Below the pieces are notes generated by a model. The model was not told where the DNA came from. It searched no databases and saw only the letters and a program-made list of their open reading frames with translations. The translations under genes and the position numbers were made by a program. This document shows, one piece after another, positions 1 to 8,535 of a stretch of DNA of 64,000 nt. The stretch's first letter is position 1, and the number at the start of each line of letters is the position of its first letter. Origin of the DNA: Chthonomonadales bacterium (lineage in GTDB: Bacteria; Armatimonadota; Chthonomonadetes; Chthonomonadales; CAJBBX01); the NCBI GenBank assembly GCA_013360745.1, contig JABWBA010000004.1, forward strand, positions 13,275 through 77,274, in the 5' to 3' direction.

Positions 1-2
1 AG

Positions 3-419
3 GTACGCCTGTACGCGCATCCGATTCCGACATGGGCGGGTCCACGCAACCTGAATGCCGCCGATGACCGGATCCTCGTTGCTGGAGACGCGGCGTCACT
101 GGTCGGTCCGCTTTTTGGCGACGGCATCCTGAACGCCGTACGGTCGGGCAAGATCGCCGCGGAGACGATCGTCGAAGGCCGTCCGAACCGCTACACCAGC
201 AGGATCAACGAGGAAATCGGGCGGGAGCTCACGGCGGCGTCGAACCTTGCTCGAGTCTTCTATTCGTTTCCCCGGGCATGCTTCCGCGGGCTGGTCACCC
301 GCCCCGGCGCGACCTACACGGCGGGCCGGCTCTTGGGCGGTCAGCTTGGCTACAGGGAGATAACCCCGGACCTCCTCCATCGCGTCCGTCGGATGATCCT
401 TCGTGACGGAGCGACCTAG
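3..419 (+). CDS. FAD-dependent oxidoreductase, geranylgeranyl-reductase family (C-terminal part; 5' end outside window)
   Basis: The frame is open from the window edge to TAG 417-419. The translation ...RILVAGDAASLVGPLFGDGILNAVRSGKIAAETIVEG... carries the C-terminal GDAA..P..G.GI FAD-binding motif of this family. It is not in the ORF track because there is no in-window start. Confidence 0.6.
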   Translation, partial: VRLYAHPIPTWAGPRNLNAADDRILVAGDAASLVGPLFGDGILNAVRSGKIAAETIVEGRPNRYTSRINEEIGRELTAASNLARVFYSFPRACFRGLVTRPGATYTAGRLLGGQLGYREITPDLLHRVRRMILRDGAT

Positions 420-1486
420 GGGATCCAGTCCGCGATAAAGATGTCGGTTTGTCGGCTCGGACCGTTTCGATTCGAGCACCACACGAGTTTGGTTCCGTCC
501 GGACTGAACATCGGGAAGCAGTCGAACTCACCGCCATAGGTGATCTGTTCCAGGCCTGATCCATCGAGGTTGACGAGGAACAGGTCGAACAGGCGCCCGG
601 CCGGATCGTGATGGTTGCTCGAAAAGATGATCTTCTTACCGTCCGGCGCGAAACTCGGCGCAAAGCTGGCCGCCTTGAGGTTCGTCACCTGCCGGGGGTT
701 GGTTCCATCGGCCCGTGCTACCCATAGATCCATCCGACTGGGCTTAACCAGCTCTTTGGCCAGCAAGTCCCGGTACTCCGCCCGGACCTGTGCGTTCGGC
801 GGATAATACGCTCGCCAGACGAACATCGTACCGTCGGGCGAATAGAACGGGCCGCCGTCGTACCCCTCTCGATTCGTCAACCGTCGGACATCTGATCCGT
901 CCGGCTTCATCGAATAGATATCCAGATCGCCGTCCATGTTCGATGTGAAGATCACCCGTGTGCCATCCCGAGACACGGTCGCCTCGGCGTAATAGGCCGT
1001 TCGGGTTCCTTTCTGCACCGTCCGCGGCAGAATAGGCCGGGCGCCTGTGCCATCCGCCTGCGCTCGATAGATGGCATACATGTTCCATACTGGCCAGACA
1101 TAGCCCTGTGATCGATCGGGCGGCGGCGGCGGCTCCTCTGCGCAGCCCGCGGTACTGGAGTAAAGGATCTCCTTATCGCCGTGCAGGAAGTAGCCGCAGG
1201 TGCACCGCCCCGTACCGTCTGAGACCCGCCGCTCATCCGTACCGTCGACATTGAGAACGAACATCTGATCGGCCTTCATATCGCCGCGCCGGACCTGACA
1301 GATGAGCTTATCCCCGTTCGAACTCCAATACGCTTCCGCATATCCGCCGGTCGTCGTCACCTGCCGGACGTTGCCCAGGTGGACTTCTCGATCATCCCGA
1401 AGCGCCTGCAGCGGTCCCTGCGGGGCTTGCAGACCTGCCGCGATGAAGGAGGTTAGCGCGGCAAGACCGCCGATGATCAGGCGCAT
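416..1486 (-). CDS. TolB-like periplasmic beta-propeller (PD40 repeat) protein
   Basis: N-terminal signal-like segment MRLIIGGLAALTSFIAAGLQA. Repeated PD40 blades are present (YSPDGTMFVW, FAPDGKKIIFSSN, FSPDGTKLVWCSNR). The start overlaps the upstream stop by 1 nt (TGATG). Confidence 0.75.
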   Translation of the reverse strand: MRLIIGGLAALTSFIAAGLQAPQGPLQALRDDREVHLGNVRQVTTTGGYAEAYWSSNGDKLICQVRRGDMKADQMFVLNVDGTDERRVSDGTGRCTCGYFLHGDKEILYSSTAGCAEEPPPPPDRSQGYVWPVWNMYAIYRAQADGTGARPILPRTVQKGTRTAYYAEATVSRDGTRVIFTSNMDGDLDIYSMKPDGSDVRRLTNREGYDGGPFYSPDGTMFVWRAYYPPNAQVRAEYRDLLAKELVKPSRMDLWVARADGTNPRQVTNLKAASFAPSFAPDGKKIIFSSNHHDPAGRLFDLFLVNLDGSGLEQITYGGEFDCFPMFSPDGTKLVWCSNRNGPSRQTDIFIADWIP

Positions 1487-3309
1487 CAGCGTACCGACTC
1501 CGCCAGGGTTACGGTAACGGTGATCTCTTTGCCGTTCCGTCGGACCACCACCTCGGTCTTCGCGCCCGGCTCGAGATCGGTCAGGGCCGCCATATAGTCC
1601 TCGATGTTACGCACCGATTTCCCGGCCACCTTGATGATCACATCGCCCGCCTTGATGCCGGCCTTTTCCGCCGGACCGCCAGCTCGAACCCCGCTCACCG
1701 GCAGGCCAGCTGCGTCGCTCGAATACTCCGGGATAATCCCGACCGAGACGCGAGGGCCTCGCGGAGCCGGATTGGCGGCCATGCCCGCGCGAGTGGAGGG
1801 CTCCCGGTAATCGGGCCGTTCCGGCGTGTTCGCGACGCGATCGGCGATGACCGCCACCATTTCGACGATCCTGACCTCGTCCATGATGTTGATCTTCTCT
1901 ACTGTGTCCGAAGGCCGGTGGTAGTCAGGGTGCATGCCGCTGAAGAAGAAGAGAACCGGCACCCTGGCGCGATCAAAGGATTGGTGATCGCTGCCGCCGA
2001 TGCCGATGTTGGATCGACTCATCTGAAACGATGCGGTCTTGTTCACCTCATCCAACAGCGGATCCCATATCGACGAACTGCCGATGCCGATGACGGTCAG
2101 CTGATTGTTCTGCAGCCTGCCGATCATATCGAGGTTCAACATCGCGACGGTCTTATCTAGCGGCAGGATCGGGCTCTTCGTATAGTGCGCAGATCCCAGC
2201 AGGCCGAGCTCTTCCCCGGAGAAGGCCATGAAAACCAGACTTCGCTTCGGCCGAACGGGCCGCGTGGCGAAGTATTCCGCGAGCATCAGAAGGCCAGCCG
2301 TACCCGAGGCATTGTCATCAGCCCCATAATGGATGGCAGGGCCGCCTCCCGCGTTCAGCGATCCAGGCCCGCCCATGCCGAGATGGTCCATGTGCGCGCC
2401 GATGACAACGTACTCTTTGGCCAGTTCCGGGTCCGAACCGGGCAGGAGGCCGATGATGTTGGCCGAGGGTTCCTCCACCTTCGTTACCTCGGTCTGGACG
2501 GAGGCTTTGATGCCCGTATCGAAGGACGCCGGCGAATCCGCAACGCTGTTTAGAACCAGGCTCGGATCCTTCCCGGCCGCCTTCAGGATATCGGCGACCA
2601 CCGACTGGCGGACCGAGACCACGGGTAGGCCGGAGTCCATCGCGCGGGTTACAGAGCTGAACGTGGGCTTATCGTCGGGACCGGCAAGCCCCAACAGGAG
2701 GGCGACAGCGCCAGCGTCTCGGGCGGACTGCACGCGGCGAAACACCTCCATGCCGCGAAACCGCGGGCGGGCGTTCGGATCCTCCGGCGGCAGGACTGCG
2801 ACGACGATCTTCCCTTTGGCGTCGAGCCCGGCGTAGTCGTCTCGAGTCGCCCCGCGAATACCGTAGCCGGCGAATACCACATCGGCAACAACGTTGCCGG
2901 TGGACGAAGCGGTCGACGGCTCGAAATCCCTGCCCAGCGTCCACTTCCTGGTCGAGCCGCCTGCGATGATGCTCAGATGATTGTTGTCGCGGCTCCGCTG
3001 TGATCCGGCCGGGAAAAGAAACGGCTGATAGTAGCCCTTACCGTCCATGGGCGCTGATGGATCTCGCTGACGGGACGTTCCGATCGGTTCAAGCCCCCAG
3101 CGGCGGAAGTGGTCGGCGATGTACTTCGCGGCAAGCTCATTGCCGCGATCCCCCGTTCCTCGCCCGCGAGTAACGTCGCCCGCGAGGTACTCCAGGTGCG
3201 CACGGATGATCGACCCACTGATGGCGACCGGTTCCAGCGGCGCCGACAACGCGCTGCCAGCCATGACCATCAGGATCGCTATGTACGCCAGATATCTGTT
3301 TTTTCCCAT
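1486..3309 (-). CDS. M28-family zinc aminopeptidase with PA insert and C-terminal PDZ domain
   Basis: M28 motifs HMDHLG, GADDNASGTAGLL and FSGEELGLLGS. The C-terminal PDZ reads GVRAGGPAEKAGIKAGDVIIKVAGKSV. I moved the start to MGKNRYL (ATG 3309), which is followed by a signal peptide and overlaps the surE stop as TGATG. Confidence 0.8.
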   Translation of the reverse strand: MGKNRYLAYIAILMVMAGSALSAPLEPVAISGSIIRAHLEYLAGDVTRGRGTGDRGNELAAKYIADHFRRWGLEPIGTSRQRDPSAPMDGKGYYQPFLFPAGSQRSRDNNHLSIIAGGSTRKWTLGRDFEPSTASSTGNVVADVVFAGYGIRGATRDDYAGLDAKGKIVVAVLPPEDPNARPRFRGMEVFRRVQSARDAGAVALLLGLAGPDDKPTFSSVTRAMDSGLPVVSVRQSVVADILKAAGKDPSLVLNSVADSPASFDTGIKASVQTEVTKVEEPSANIIGLLPGSDPELAKEYVVIGAHMDHLGMGGPGSLNAGGGPAIHYGADDNASGTAGLLMLAEYFATRPVRPKRSLVFMAFSGEELGLLGSAHYTKSPILPLDKTVAMLNLDMIGRLQNNQLTVIGIGSSSIWDPLLDEVNKTASFQMSRSNIGIGGSDHQSFDRARVPVLFFFSGMHPDYHRPSDTVEKINIMDEVRIVEMVAVIADRVANTPERPDYREPSTRAGMAANPAPRGPRVSVGIIPEYSSDAAGLPVSGVRAGGPAEKAGIKAGDVIIKVAGKSVRNIEDYMAALTDLEPGAKTEVVVRRNGKEITVTVTLAESVR

Positions 3310-4115
3310 CAACGTCCCTCCGTAGAAGTTGGCGACTGCCGATCGCGGCCCCACCATGCACGGACCTCGCCGATCAGATCGACGGCCGTCATATCGATCT
3401 CCAGCGGTGTAACGCTCACCGCGCCCCGCCGGATCGCCTCGATATCCGAACCCTCTTGACCGTTCTCATCCTTGATATTGCCCGCGAGCCAGTAGTACGG
3501 CGACTCCCGCGGATCCTGTCGGGTGACTACCCTGTCTACATATTCGCGCCGTCCCTGATGGGTTACTTCAATCGCCCGGGGCCGCTCCGGTCGACCGTCC
3601 GGCACGTTCACGTTCAACAACGTATGCGCCCGCAGACCGTTCGACAGCGCCCGCTGCGCGATATCCACCGCCGCAGACGCCGCGCTCTCGTAATGCGCAA
3701 CGGGATGATCGCCGTCGGCCACCACCGAGATCGCGATCGCCGGCACGCCGAGGATGGCCGCCTCCATGGCCGCCATTACGGTGCCGCTATAGGTGACATC
3801 CCATCCGAGATTGGCGCCATCGTTGATGCCCGCGCAAGCCAGATCCGCGCGACCCTGCATGACGATCTCATAGGCCAGTGAGACACAATCCGTAGGCGTG
3901 CCGCTCGACGCCCAGGCGGGAGATCCATCCGGAAGACAGGTCTCGCGAAGGCGCAACGGCTTATGAAGGGTAACCGCGTGGCCGATGGCGCTCCTTGGCC
4001 GCTCCGGCGCGACCACGAACACCTGACCGATCGGTTCCAGGGCTCGCTTCAGCGCAAGCAGCCCTGGCGCATGGATGCCGTCGTCGTTGGTGACGAGGAT
4101 GCGAGGACGATTCAT
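3309..4115 (-). CDS. surE: 5'/3'-nucleotidase SurE
   Basis: N-terminal signature RILVTNDDGIHAPGLLAL, and SurE-like length and layout. Confidence 0.9.
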   Translation of the reverse strand: MNRPRILVTNDDGIHAPGLLALKRALEPIGQVFVVAPERPRSAIGHAVTLHKPLRLRETCLPDGSPAWASSGTPTDCVSLAYEIVMQGRADLACAGINDGANLGWDVTYSGTVMAAMEAAILGVPAIAISVVADGDHPVAHYESAASAAVDIAQRALSNGLRAHTLLNVNVPDGRPERPRAIEVTHQGRREYVDRVVTRQDPRESPYYWLAGNIKDENGQEGSDIEAIRRGAVSVTPLEIDMTAVDLIGEVRAWWGRDRQSPTSTEGR

Positions 4116-4175
4116 AAGCCCTGCGTCATCATACCGCCGGTTGCCGCAGAAGTCCGGGAATAGTGCATCGCAGCA

Positions 4176-5441
4176 TTATACCGGTACATCCTCCCCGTCC
4201 ATCGATGCTCGTCGGCGATATCCGTTCATCGAGGCCACCTGCAGCAGCAGACCGACCAGCATGATGACTTCGGCGATCCAAAACGTCCTCTGCGCCCCGA
4301 ACCGCTCCATCAGCGGAATCGCCACGTGCGGGGCGATGCTGCCCCGGATCCCGAACAGGCTCGAGTGGAGCGCCTGGTACTGCGCCGCCCTCCCCGGCTC
4401 CGAGAAGAACAGCGTCGTATTCAGATAGCCGAGCTCGATACCAGAGAGCGCGATCCCGCCGGCCGCAGCCGCCCATCGCAGATACTCGACGCTCGGCGCT
4501 GAGGCGTAGACGATCGGCATCGCGCAGATGATCAAAATGGAGAGGAATACGGTCGCCAGCGGCCCTCGCCGGTCCATGAATGACCCCCAGAAGAAGAAGC
4601 CGACGATGGTCGAGACCGCGCCGACGTTCTGGAGATTGGCCACCTCGGTGTTGGTAATATGGAACCGATCCACCTGATAGACCGGGTACAGGGTCGCCGC
4701 GATTAGATTGCCGAAACCGTAGACGAAGACGGACGCGGTGAACCAGCGATAGGCGGGATTCCGCTTGAGGATCGCGAATGTGTCCAGCACGAACGCCCGG
4801 GTTGAGATGGCTTCGACGGGCTCATCCATGGCCACCGGGCGGATCCGACTGAACGCCCACGCGCTCAGAGCGCCGAATACGCCGCCTCCGCAAAAGACCG
4901 TGCGCCAATCGACACCGGCATCAAGCAGGCGCCCGACAATCAGCGCAGATCCGAAGGTTACGACGTTGAGCACGATCCGGACCGCGCTCATGAGCCGCCC
5001 CCGGTAGGCATCCGGGTAGATGTCCTTCATCACGGCTGTATAGGCCGGGCTCGAGATCGAGAAGATGATGGGCGTAATGCAGACGAGGAGGATATATTGA
5101 TCGCGGGTACGGATAGCCGGAGTGAGGATAAACAAGCCTCTGGCGATGAGCCACGTCCAGTATACAAACGGGAGTTTCGAGCGCCCCTCCATCTGGCGCG
5201 CCCACACGGTCGCGAATACATAGCCAACGGCCGGCGCGGCCGCGAACCAGCCCATCTGGACGCCGGTCGCGTGCATATCGGCCCGTGCGATCCGGCCCGC
5301 AAAGGTCCATACGCTCCCCGTATAAACGCCAGCGCAGGCCCCGGACACGAGCTCCCAGGCCCACGCCGTTCGCGTCGCCTCGGGCAGCAAACCCACGCGC
5401 AGAAGGATGGAACACCGCAGTCGCGAGACGATGGAGGGCAT
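4176..5441 (-). CDS. MFS transporter
   Basis: 421 aa with about 12 hydrophobic spans and an MFS-like organisation. The substrate cannot be assigned. Confidence 0.7.
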   Translation of the reverse strand: MPSIVSRLRCSILLRVGLLPEATRTAWAWELVSGACAGVYTGSVWTFAGRIARADMHATGVQMGWFAAAPAVGYVFATVWARQMEGRSKLPFVYWTWLIARGLFILTPAIRTRDQYILLVCITPIIFSISSPAYTAVMKDIYPDAYRGRLMSAVRIVLNVVTFGSALIVGRLLDAGVDWRTVFCGGGVFGALSAWAFSRIRPVAMDEPVEAISTRAFVLDTFAILKRNPAYRWFTASVFVYGFGNLIAATLYPVYQVDRFHITNTEVANLQNVGAVSTIVGFFFWGSFMDRRGPLATVFLSILIICAMPIVYASAPSVEYLRWAAAAGGIALSGIELGYLNTTLFFSEPGRAAQYQALHSSLFGIRGSIAPHVAIPLMERFGAQRTFWIAEVIMLVGLLLQVASMNGYRRRASMDGEDVPV

Positions 5442-5646
5442 GATCGTGATCGCCGACCGACTCGCGTCAGAGAGGCGTTGCGGGTATTGTACCGGTTTCG
5501 GAACGGAGGGCGATGCCGCAGCGCGCGACCCGCGCTTGCCCGAAATAGGTTCGCGTCATCACGAAGTCTCCCTTCAGGGCCGCAGGAGACTGCGTTTCGC
5601 CGGCGAATCAATACGGGTACGAGGAGTATCTGAGGAGGGCGATATC

Positions 5647-6807
5647 ATGACGACCACATTACAGGCACATTCCACTACGCTGGAGGCGATATGCTCTCGT
5701 AAAGGGCTCAGCGAGGCGTTGCAGCTCGTCGGGCATGCCGTTTCGGAGCGGAACCCCCTCCCCATCCTTACCCACGTGCTGATCCAATCCGTGGAAGGAG
5801 GCCTGCTCCTGAGCGCCAGCGATCTGGAGCTCGGCATCGCGACGACGGTACCCGCCGATGTGCGGCAGCCCGGGGCGATCACGGCGCCCTCGAAGCTGAT
5901 CTCCGATCTTCTGGCCACGTTCCCCGATGGCGAGATCACCATCGCCGCCGATCGGAGCCACTCTACGGCCATCCGCATACCGGGTTCGGATTACCGCATC
6001 GCAGGCCAGGCGCCCGAGGAGTATCCAACACTGCCGGAAGTGGACGACACGGTCGGCTTTCGAGTGGCGCAGCCCCTGCTCCGACAGGCCATACGTCAGA
6101 CGATCTTCGCCGTGCTGGCGGAGAACAAGGGCCGTCCGCAACTGACCGGCGTTCTGCTCGAGTTCGGCGAATCGACGCTCACCATGGTCTCGACGGATAC
6201 CCTGCGCATGTCGATCCGCTCTGCCCCCGTATCCGATGCGAAGGGCGCGATGCAGGTGATCGTGCCGGCCCGGGCGCTTGCCAACCTCGCACGATGCCTC
6301 AATGACGATACCGGCGATGTGGCGGTTCGATTGACCGAAAAGCAGGCCGAGTTCGTAACGTCCGGAGGGGTTCGCGTATACACGCGCCTCATCGAGGGCC
6401 AGTTCCCCGCCTATCGGCGCGTGATCCCGCAGAACTGGCAGACGCGGATCAGTCTGCCCACCGGCCCGTTCCAGCAAGCGGTCAAACGGGTTTCGATCGT
6501 CGCGCGCAGCGCGGACAATCGCATGGAGATGCGAACCCATGAGCAGCGATTGGTCTTACGCGCCGAAGCGTCGCCCGGCGGCAAGGCGGTCGAGGAGATC
6601 GAAGCCCTCGTGGACGGCCCCGACATCGAAACGGCGTTCCACACCGACCATCTGCTCGATATACTGTCCGCCATCGATACGGAAGGCGTGGACTTCGAGA
6701 TGACCGATCCGGGTAAGGCCGCGCTCATCAGGCCGCGGGTCGAACCCGATCAAGAGGCTCGCCACGGCGAATACTGCGGCGTGCTCATGCCGCTGCAGCT
6801 CATCTAG
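5647..6807 (+). CDS. dnaN: DNA polymerase III subunit beta (sliding clamp)
   Basis: Clamp homology throughout (LPILTHVLIQSVEGGLLLSASDLELGI..., three-domain length of 386 aa). The start is set at ATG 5647 behind GAGGAGG. The upstream 80 codons of the track ORF look non-coding. Confidence 0.9.
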   Translation: MTTTLQAHSTTLEAICSRKGLSEALQLVGHAVSERNPLPILTHVLIQSVEGGLLLSASDLELGIATTVPADVRQPGAITAPSKLISDLLATFPDGEITIAADRSHSTAIRIPGSDYRIAGQAPEEYPTLPEVDDTVGFRVAQPLLRQAIRQTIFAVLAENKGRPQLTGVLLEFGESTLTMVSTDTLRMSIRSAPVSDAKGAMQVIVPARALANLARCLNDDTGDVAVRLTEKQAEFVTSGGVRVYTRLIEGQFPAYRRVIPQNWQTRISLPTGPFQQAVKRVSIVARSADNRMEMRTHEQRLVLRAEASPGGKAVEEIEALVDGPDIETAFHTDHLLDILSAIDTEGVDFEMTDPGKAALIRPRVEPDQEARHGEYCGVLMPLQLI

Positions 6808-6887
6808 CCTCTCCCAACCAGGCATCGGGCCGGTCGTTACGCCCCGTTCCCCGGCGGGTCGACCACCACAGCGCACGCCTCGTCACA

Positions 6888-6913
6888 GGACTGCCGCCGG
6901 TCAGAGGCAGTCC
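6888..6913 (+). terminator. Stem-loop downstream of dnaN (GGACTGCC-N10-GGCAGTCC)
   Basis: Perfect 8-bp inverted repeat 80 nt after the dnaN stop. There is no clear U-tract, so terminator function is uncertain. Confidence 0.3.
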
Positions 6914-6943
6914 CGCTTAGCTCCAACGCGGGTTCTCCCCTGC

Positions 6944-7023
6944 TGTCCTACAGACACTTCCTACGCATAATCCTACAAAATCGCCACACGCATTGTAGGA
7001 CACATGCCTTGCGCTTGTAGGAC
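6944..7023. promoter_or_regulatory. Array of five TCCTAC(A)/(T)GTAGGA motifs (candidate operator cluster)
   Basis: TCCTAC occurs at 6946, 6959 and 6971, and GTAGGA at 6995 and 7017. The outer pair GTCCTACA / TGTAGGAC and the inner pair TCCTACAA-N14-TTGTAGGA form nested inverted repeats. The array lies about 100 nt upstream of the 7124 gene in a relatively AT-rich gap. Confidence 0.5.
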
Positions 7024-7123
7024 AATCGGGCGTATAGTAATGCGAACGCACATTATCATGGTGCGAAGACGTTACCGAATATGAACGCGCGACGGCCAAT
7101 GCCGTCAGGGAGATCAAATCAGA

Positions 7124-8197
7124 ATGCGCACGTTGTTGAAAGGGAGCCTGGCGCTCCTGACCGTCTTTTGCCTCGCGACTCTCTCTGTCCAGTCTCTTGC
7201 CGGTGATACCTACAATCGCGTGACGAAGACCCTCTACGCAGGACAGAAGACCCCGGTCGGAACCCTCACTGTGGAGCAGTACAAATCTGGCGGTAAGAAG
7301 ATGCTCCGCGTCACCTACGATACGTCCTCATCCGGCTGGGTGATGAACACCACCCACCTGTATGTGGGGACCAGCGCACCGTCGAAGTCCGCCCCCGGCC
7401 GCTTCCCCTACAAGCACGAGGGCCTCGATAAGGTCACCGTAGACGTCTACGAGATCCCCATTGGCTGCAAGCCGCTCTACATCGCCGCCCACGCCGATGT
7501 GTGTGAAGATACTGCCGGCTCTGGCGGATGCGTGCCGGACTACGCAGCAGCGGCAGCTGCATTGCCAGGCGGCCTCACGGACCTGAATGTTGAGTGGGCA
7601 GGCTACATCAGCAGCTACTTCACCTCGCATACGACGTTCGGAACATTCTTGTCGTGGTGCCTCGACTACAACGGCCCGATTGGCAATGAGGTGACCTATG
7701 GCACCGCCTATGTCTTCTCGCTCCTTCCCGACGGTTCGCCGAACCCAGCGGCTGCAGCGCTTCTAGGCTCTCAGGCGGCTGCCCTATCTGGATCACCTAT
7801 TAACTATCTGAACTACCTGATCAATCAGCCCTATGTCATCGACTGCGGCAACGGCGGCCCATACTCTGTGGTCGACATCCAGGTCGCCATCTGGCACATC
7901 ACCAATGGACTGGCAATCTCGAGCTTCGGCGCAAACGTGGCGAATGTCACCGCTATTCTGGACGACGTGATCGCCAACGGTGCGAGCTTCGTGCCGACTT
8001 GCGACGATCTTGCCCTGGTAGTCGGCGATCCTCAGACCCCGGATCCCGGCGGTAACTACCAGCATAATCAGCATTTCGGATTTGCCGTACCCGTAACCGG
8101 CGAAGTGGTTCAGGGCGATTGCGAGACGGCATGGGCGAAGGGCACCTGCCAGTTCCGCACGGGCTGGGGTTCCTACTTCAAGTACTGCGTCAAATAG
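7124..8197 (+). CDS. Secreted hypothetical protein with possible thioester-domain (TED/TQXA-like) signature
   Basis: Signal peptide MRTLLKGSLALLTVFCLATLSVQSLAG. It contains WCLDY (Cys179) and DIQVAIWHITNG (Gln253), which resemble the CxD and TQxA(I/V)W motifs of internal Cys-Gln thioester domains. A C-terminal ETAWAKG...GWGSYFKY motif is also present. Confidence 0.7.
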   Translation: MRTLLKGSLALLTVFCLATLSVQSLAGDTYNRVTKTLYAGQKTPVGTLTVEQYKSGGKKMLRVTYDTSSSGWVMNTTHLYVGTSAPSKSAPGRFPYKHEGLDKVTVDVYEIPIGCKPLYIAAHADVCEDTAGSGGCVPDYAAAAAALPGGLTDLNVEWAGYISSYFTSHTTFGTFLSWCLDYNGPIGNEVTYGTAYVFSLLPDGSPNPAAAALLGSQAAALSGSPINYLNYLINQPYVIDCGNGGPYSVVDIQVAIWHITNGLAISSFGANVANVTAILDDVIANGASFVPTCDDLALVVGDPQTPDPGGNYQHNQHFGFAVPVTGEVVQGDCETAWAKGTCQFRTGWGSYFKYCVK

Positions 8198-8254
8198 GAT
8201 ATACTCCTGATAGGATTGAAGGTTGCCCATCACCCATTAGCCAGGAGTATCGAT

Positions 8255-8392
8255 ATGAGCTCAGATCAACAGATAGAGCGACGTCAATACGTGAAACCGT
8301 TAGTGCGCGTCGTTGAGTTCCACGTAGAAGAGCGTTTGATGGGATGTAACAAACTGCCGTTCGCAGGTTGCACTACCCAGAAGGACAGCTGA
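8255..8392 (+). CDS. 45-aa Cys-containing small peptide (candidate precursor peptide; not in ORF track)
   Basis: ATG 8255 has AGGAG 7 nt upstream. Translation is MSSDQQIERRQYVKPLVRVVEFHVEERLMGCNKLPFAGCTTQKDS. It is followed 34 nt later by a perfect 15-bp hairpin. Confidence 0.45.
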   Translation: MSSDQQIERRQYVKPLVRVVEFHVEERLMGCNKLPFAGCTTQKDS

Positions 8393-8425
8393 AGTCGAAA
8401 CTCTAGCGTTCGTCCGTCGATCATC

Positions 8426-8459
8426 GTGCCCGTACGATCCTGGCGGATCGTACGGGCAC
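8426..8459. terminator. Perfect 15-bp stem / 4-nt loop hairpin between convergent genes
   Basis: GTGCCCGTACGATCC-TGGC-GGATCGTACGGGCAC lies between the small-peptide gene (+) and the ECF sigma gene (-). It is a likely bidirectional terminator. Confidence 0.6.
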
Positions 8460-8535
8460 TTCCGTATACGGCCTTTTCAGGAATCAGATTGCGCCGGCAA
8501 CGCGGTGGTCGCTGCCCACCGCATCTAAAGCCGCG

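Noticed and set aside
5030-5633. Overlapping 193-aa (-) and 178-aa (+) ORFs, and the N-terminal 80 codons of the dnaN track ORF
   Set aside because: They overlap the MFS gene or the promoter spacer. The Arg/Pro/Gly-rich sequences lack an RBS. dnaN homology starts only at ATG 5647.
6917-7117. 66-aa minus-strand ORF in the dnaN / 7124 spacer
   Set aside because: It covers the TCCTAC repeat array, has no RBS, and its Cys/Ser/His-rich sequence is dictated by the repeats. I treat the region as regulatory DNA.
8255-8392. Interpretation of the 45-aa peptide as a lasso-peptide precursor
   Set aside because: The leader motif is only approximate. There is no Thr at the -2 position. The putative core GCNKLPFAG... 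has no Asp or Glu at positions 7-9 for macrolactam formation. No lasso cyclase, protease or RRE genes are nearby. I kept it only as a generic small-peptide candidate.
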